Origin: a virus
Virus record (IMG/VR): IMGVR_UViG_3300045988_141624
Span: 1 to 64,000 of that record
DNA length: 64,000 nt
Strand: one strand, 5' to 3'
Shown here: positions 63,658 to 64,000 of the stretch, piece by piece
How positions within the stretch are numbered: the stretch's first letter is position 1
Layout: each line of letters opens with the position of its first letter
The notes under the pieces: model-generated
What the model was told of the DNA's origin: nothing
Database searches by the model: none
The model's input: the letters and a program-made list of their open reading frames with translations, nothing else
Position numbers and translations under genes: made by a program

Positions 63658-63987
63658 TTATAATTTTTCCTTTTTTACATAAAACTCTCCGCTTTTACGT
63701 CTTATACCTATTTTAACATAATCAGGGACAATATCATAAGGGTTCGCCACAGCAATAACCCTATTTTCATAATCAACGTACAACTTCCCCTTTTTCTCAA
63801 AGCGAACATTGCAATATCCTTCAGGTATTTCTTTTTTTGTCCTTAGCGTACAATTATCTTGTGAATTAGTTGGAATCACTTTGTTTTGAGTTCTACAAAA
63901 TCTTGAAAATGGACAAATGTCATTAGACTTTTTGCAAAATAAATACAATCTACCATTTTCATCTTTATAATAAACATAAGGACACAT
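63658..63987 (-). CDS. Cys-rich hypothetical protein, translationally coupled to the MazF-like gene
   Basis: The junction reads TAAAATG (a 1-nt gap). It has six Cys. It has no MazE/AbrB or RHH features. Confidence 0.55.
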   Translation of the reverse strand: MCPYVYYKDENGRLYLFCKKSNDICPFSRFCRTQNKVIPTNSQDNCTLRTKKEIPEGYCNVRFEKKGKLYVDYENRVIAVANPYDIVPDYVKIGIRRKSGEFYVKKEKL

Positions 63988-64000
63988 ACAATCACTCTCT

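Overview
The window is a contiguous piece of a low-GC, A/T-rich tailed-phage genome. It carries Firmicutes/Clostridia-type signals: AGGAGG ribosome-binding sites, many TTGACA-17-TATAAT promoters, a SleB-type hydrolase, and a CHAP endolysin with PG_binding_1 repeats. From about 866 to 41480 the genes run rightward and are early, nucleotide-metabolism and replication genes. These include a C5 methyltransferase, dCMP deaminase, a ThyX-like gene, a Xer-like recombinase, an SSB-like protein, a Sak4-like ATPase, DnaB, primase, a RecJ-like protein, PolIII alpha, a RecD-like helicase, NrdH/NrdD/NrdG and dUTPase. From 63987 down to 41530 the genes run leftward and are late tail, tail-fibre and lysis genes. 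The two blocks converge on a bidirectional terminator at 41486-41526. Two noncoding islands made almost entirely of A/T (1-850 and 6940-8400) carry repeats, palindromes and a cluster of four perfect DnaA boxes. The standout observation is intron density. By eye I reconstruct ten group I introns: three in PolIII alpha, four in nrdD and three in the tape-measure gene on the opposite strand. Two tandem intron pairs flank mini-exons of 31 nt and about 33 nt, and two introns carry endonuclease ORFs. Other items worth follow-up: (1) a ThyX-like gene carrying an in-frame HNH endonuclease module, plus two orphan copies of its 3' tail; (2) a duplicated two-gene module (hexapeptide-repeat protein plus Cys-rich/coiled-coil protein); (3) a clear MazF/EndoA-type toxin coupled to a Cys-rich partner in a holin-like cluster about 20 kb from the endolysin; (4) a promoter-to-terminator unit predicting an anti-Shine-Dalgarno small RNA; (5) an over-represented 11-mer; (6) an NrdG paralogue lacking the Fe-S cysteines, next to an FTR-like mini-protein. 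All splice junctions, family calls and structures were read by eye without searches and need computational or experimental confirmation.
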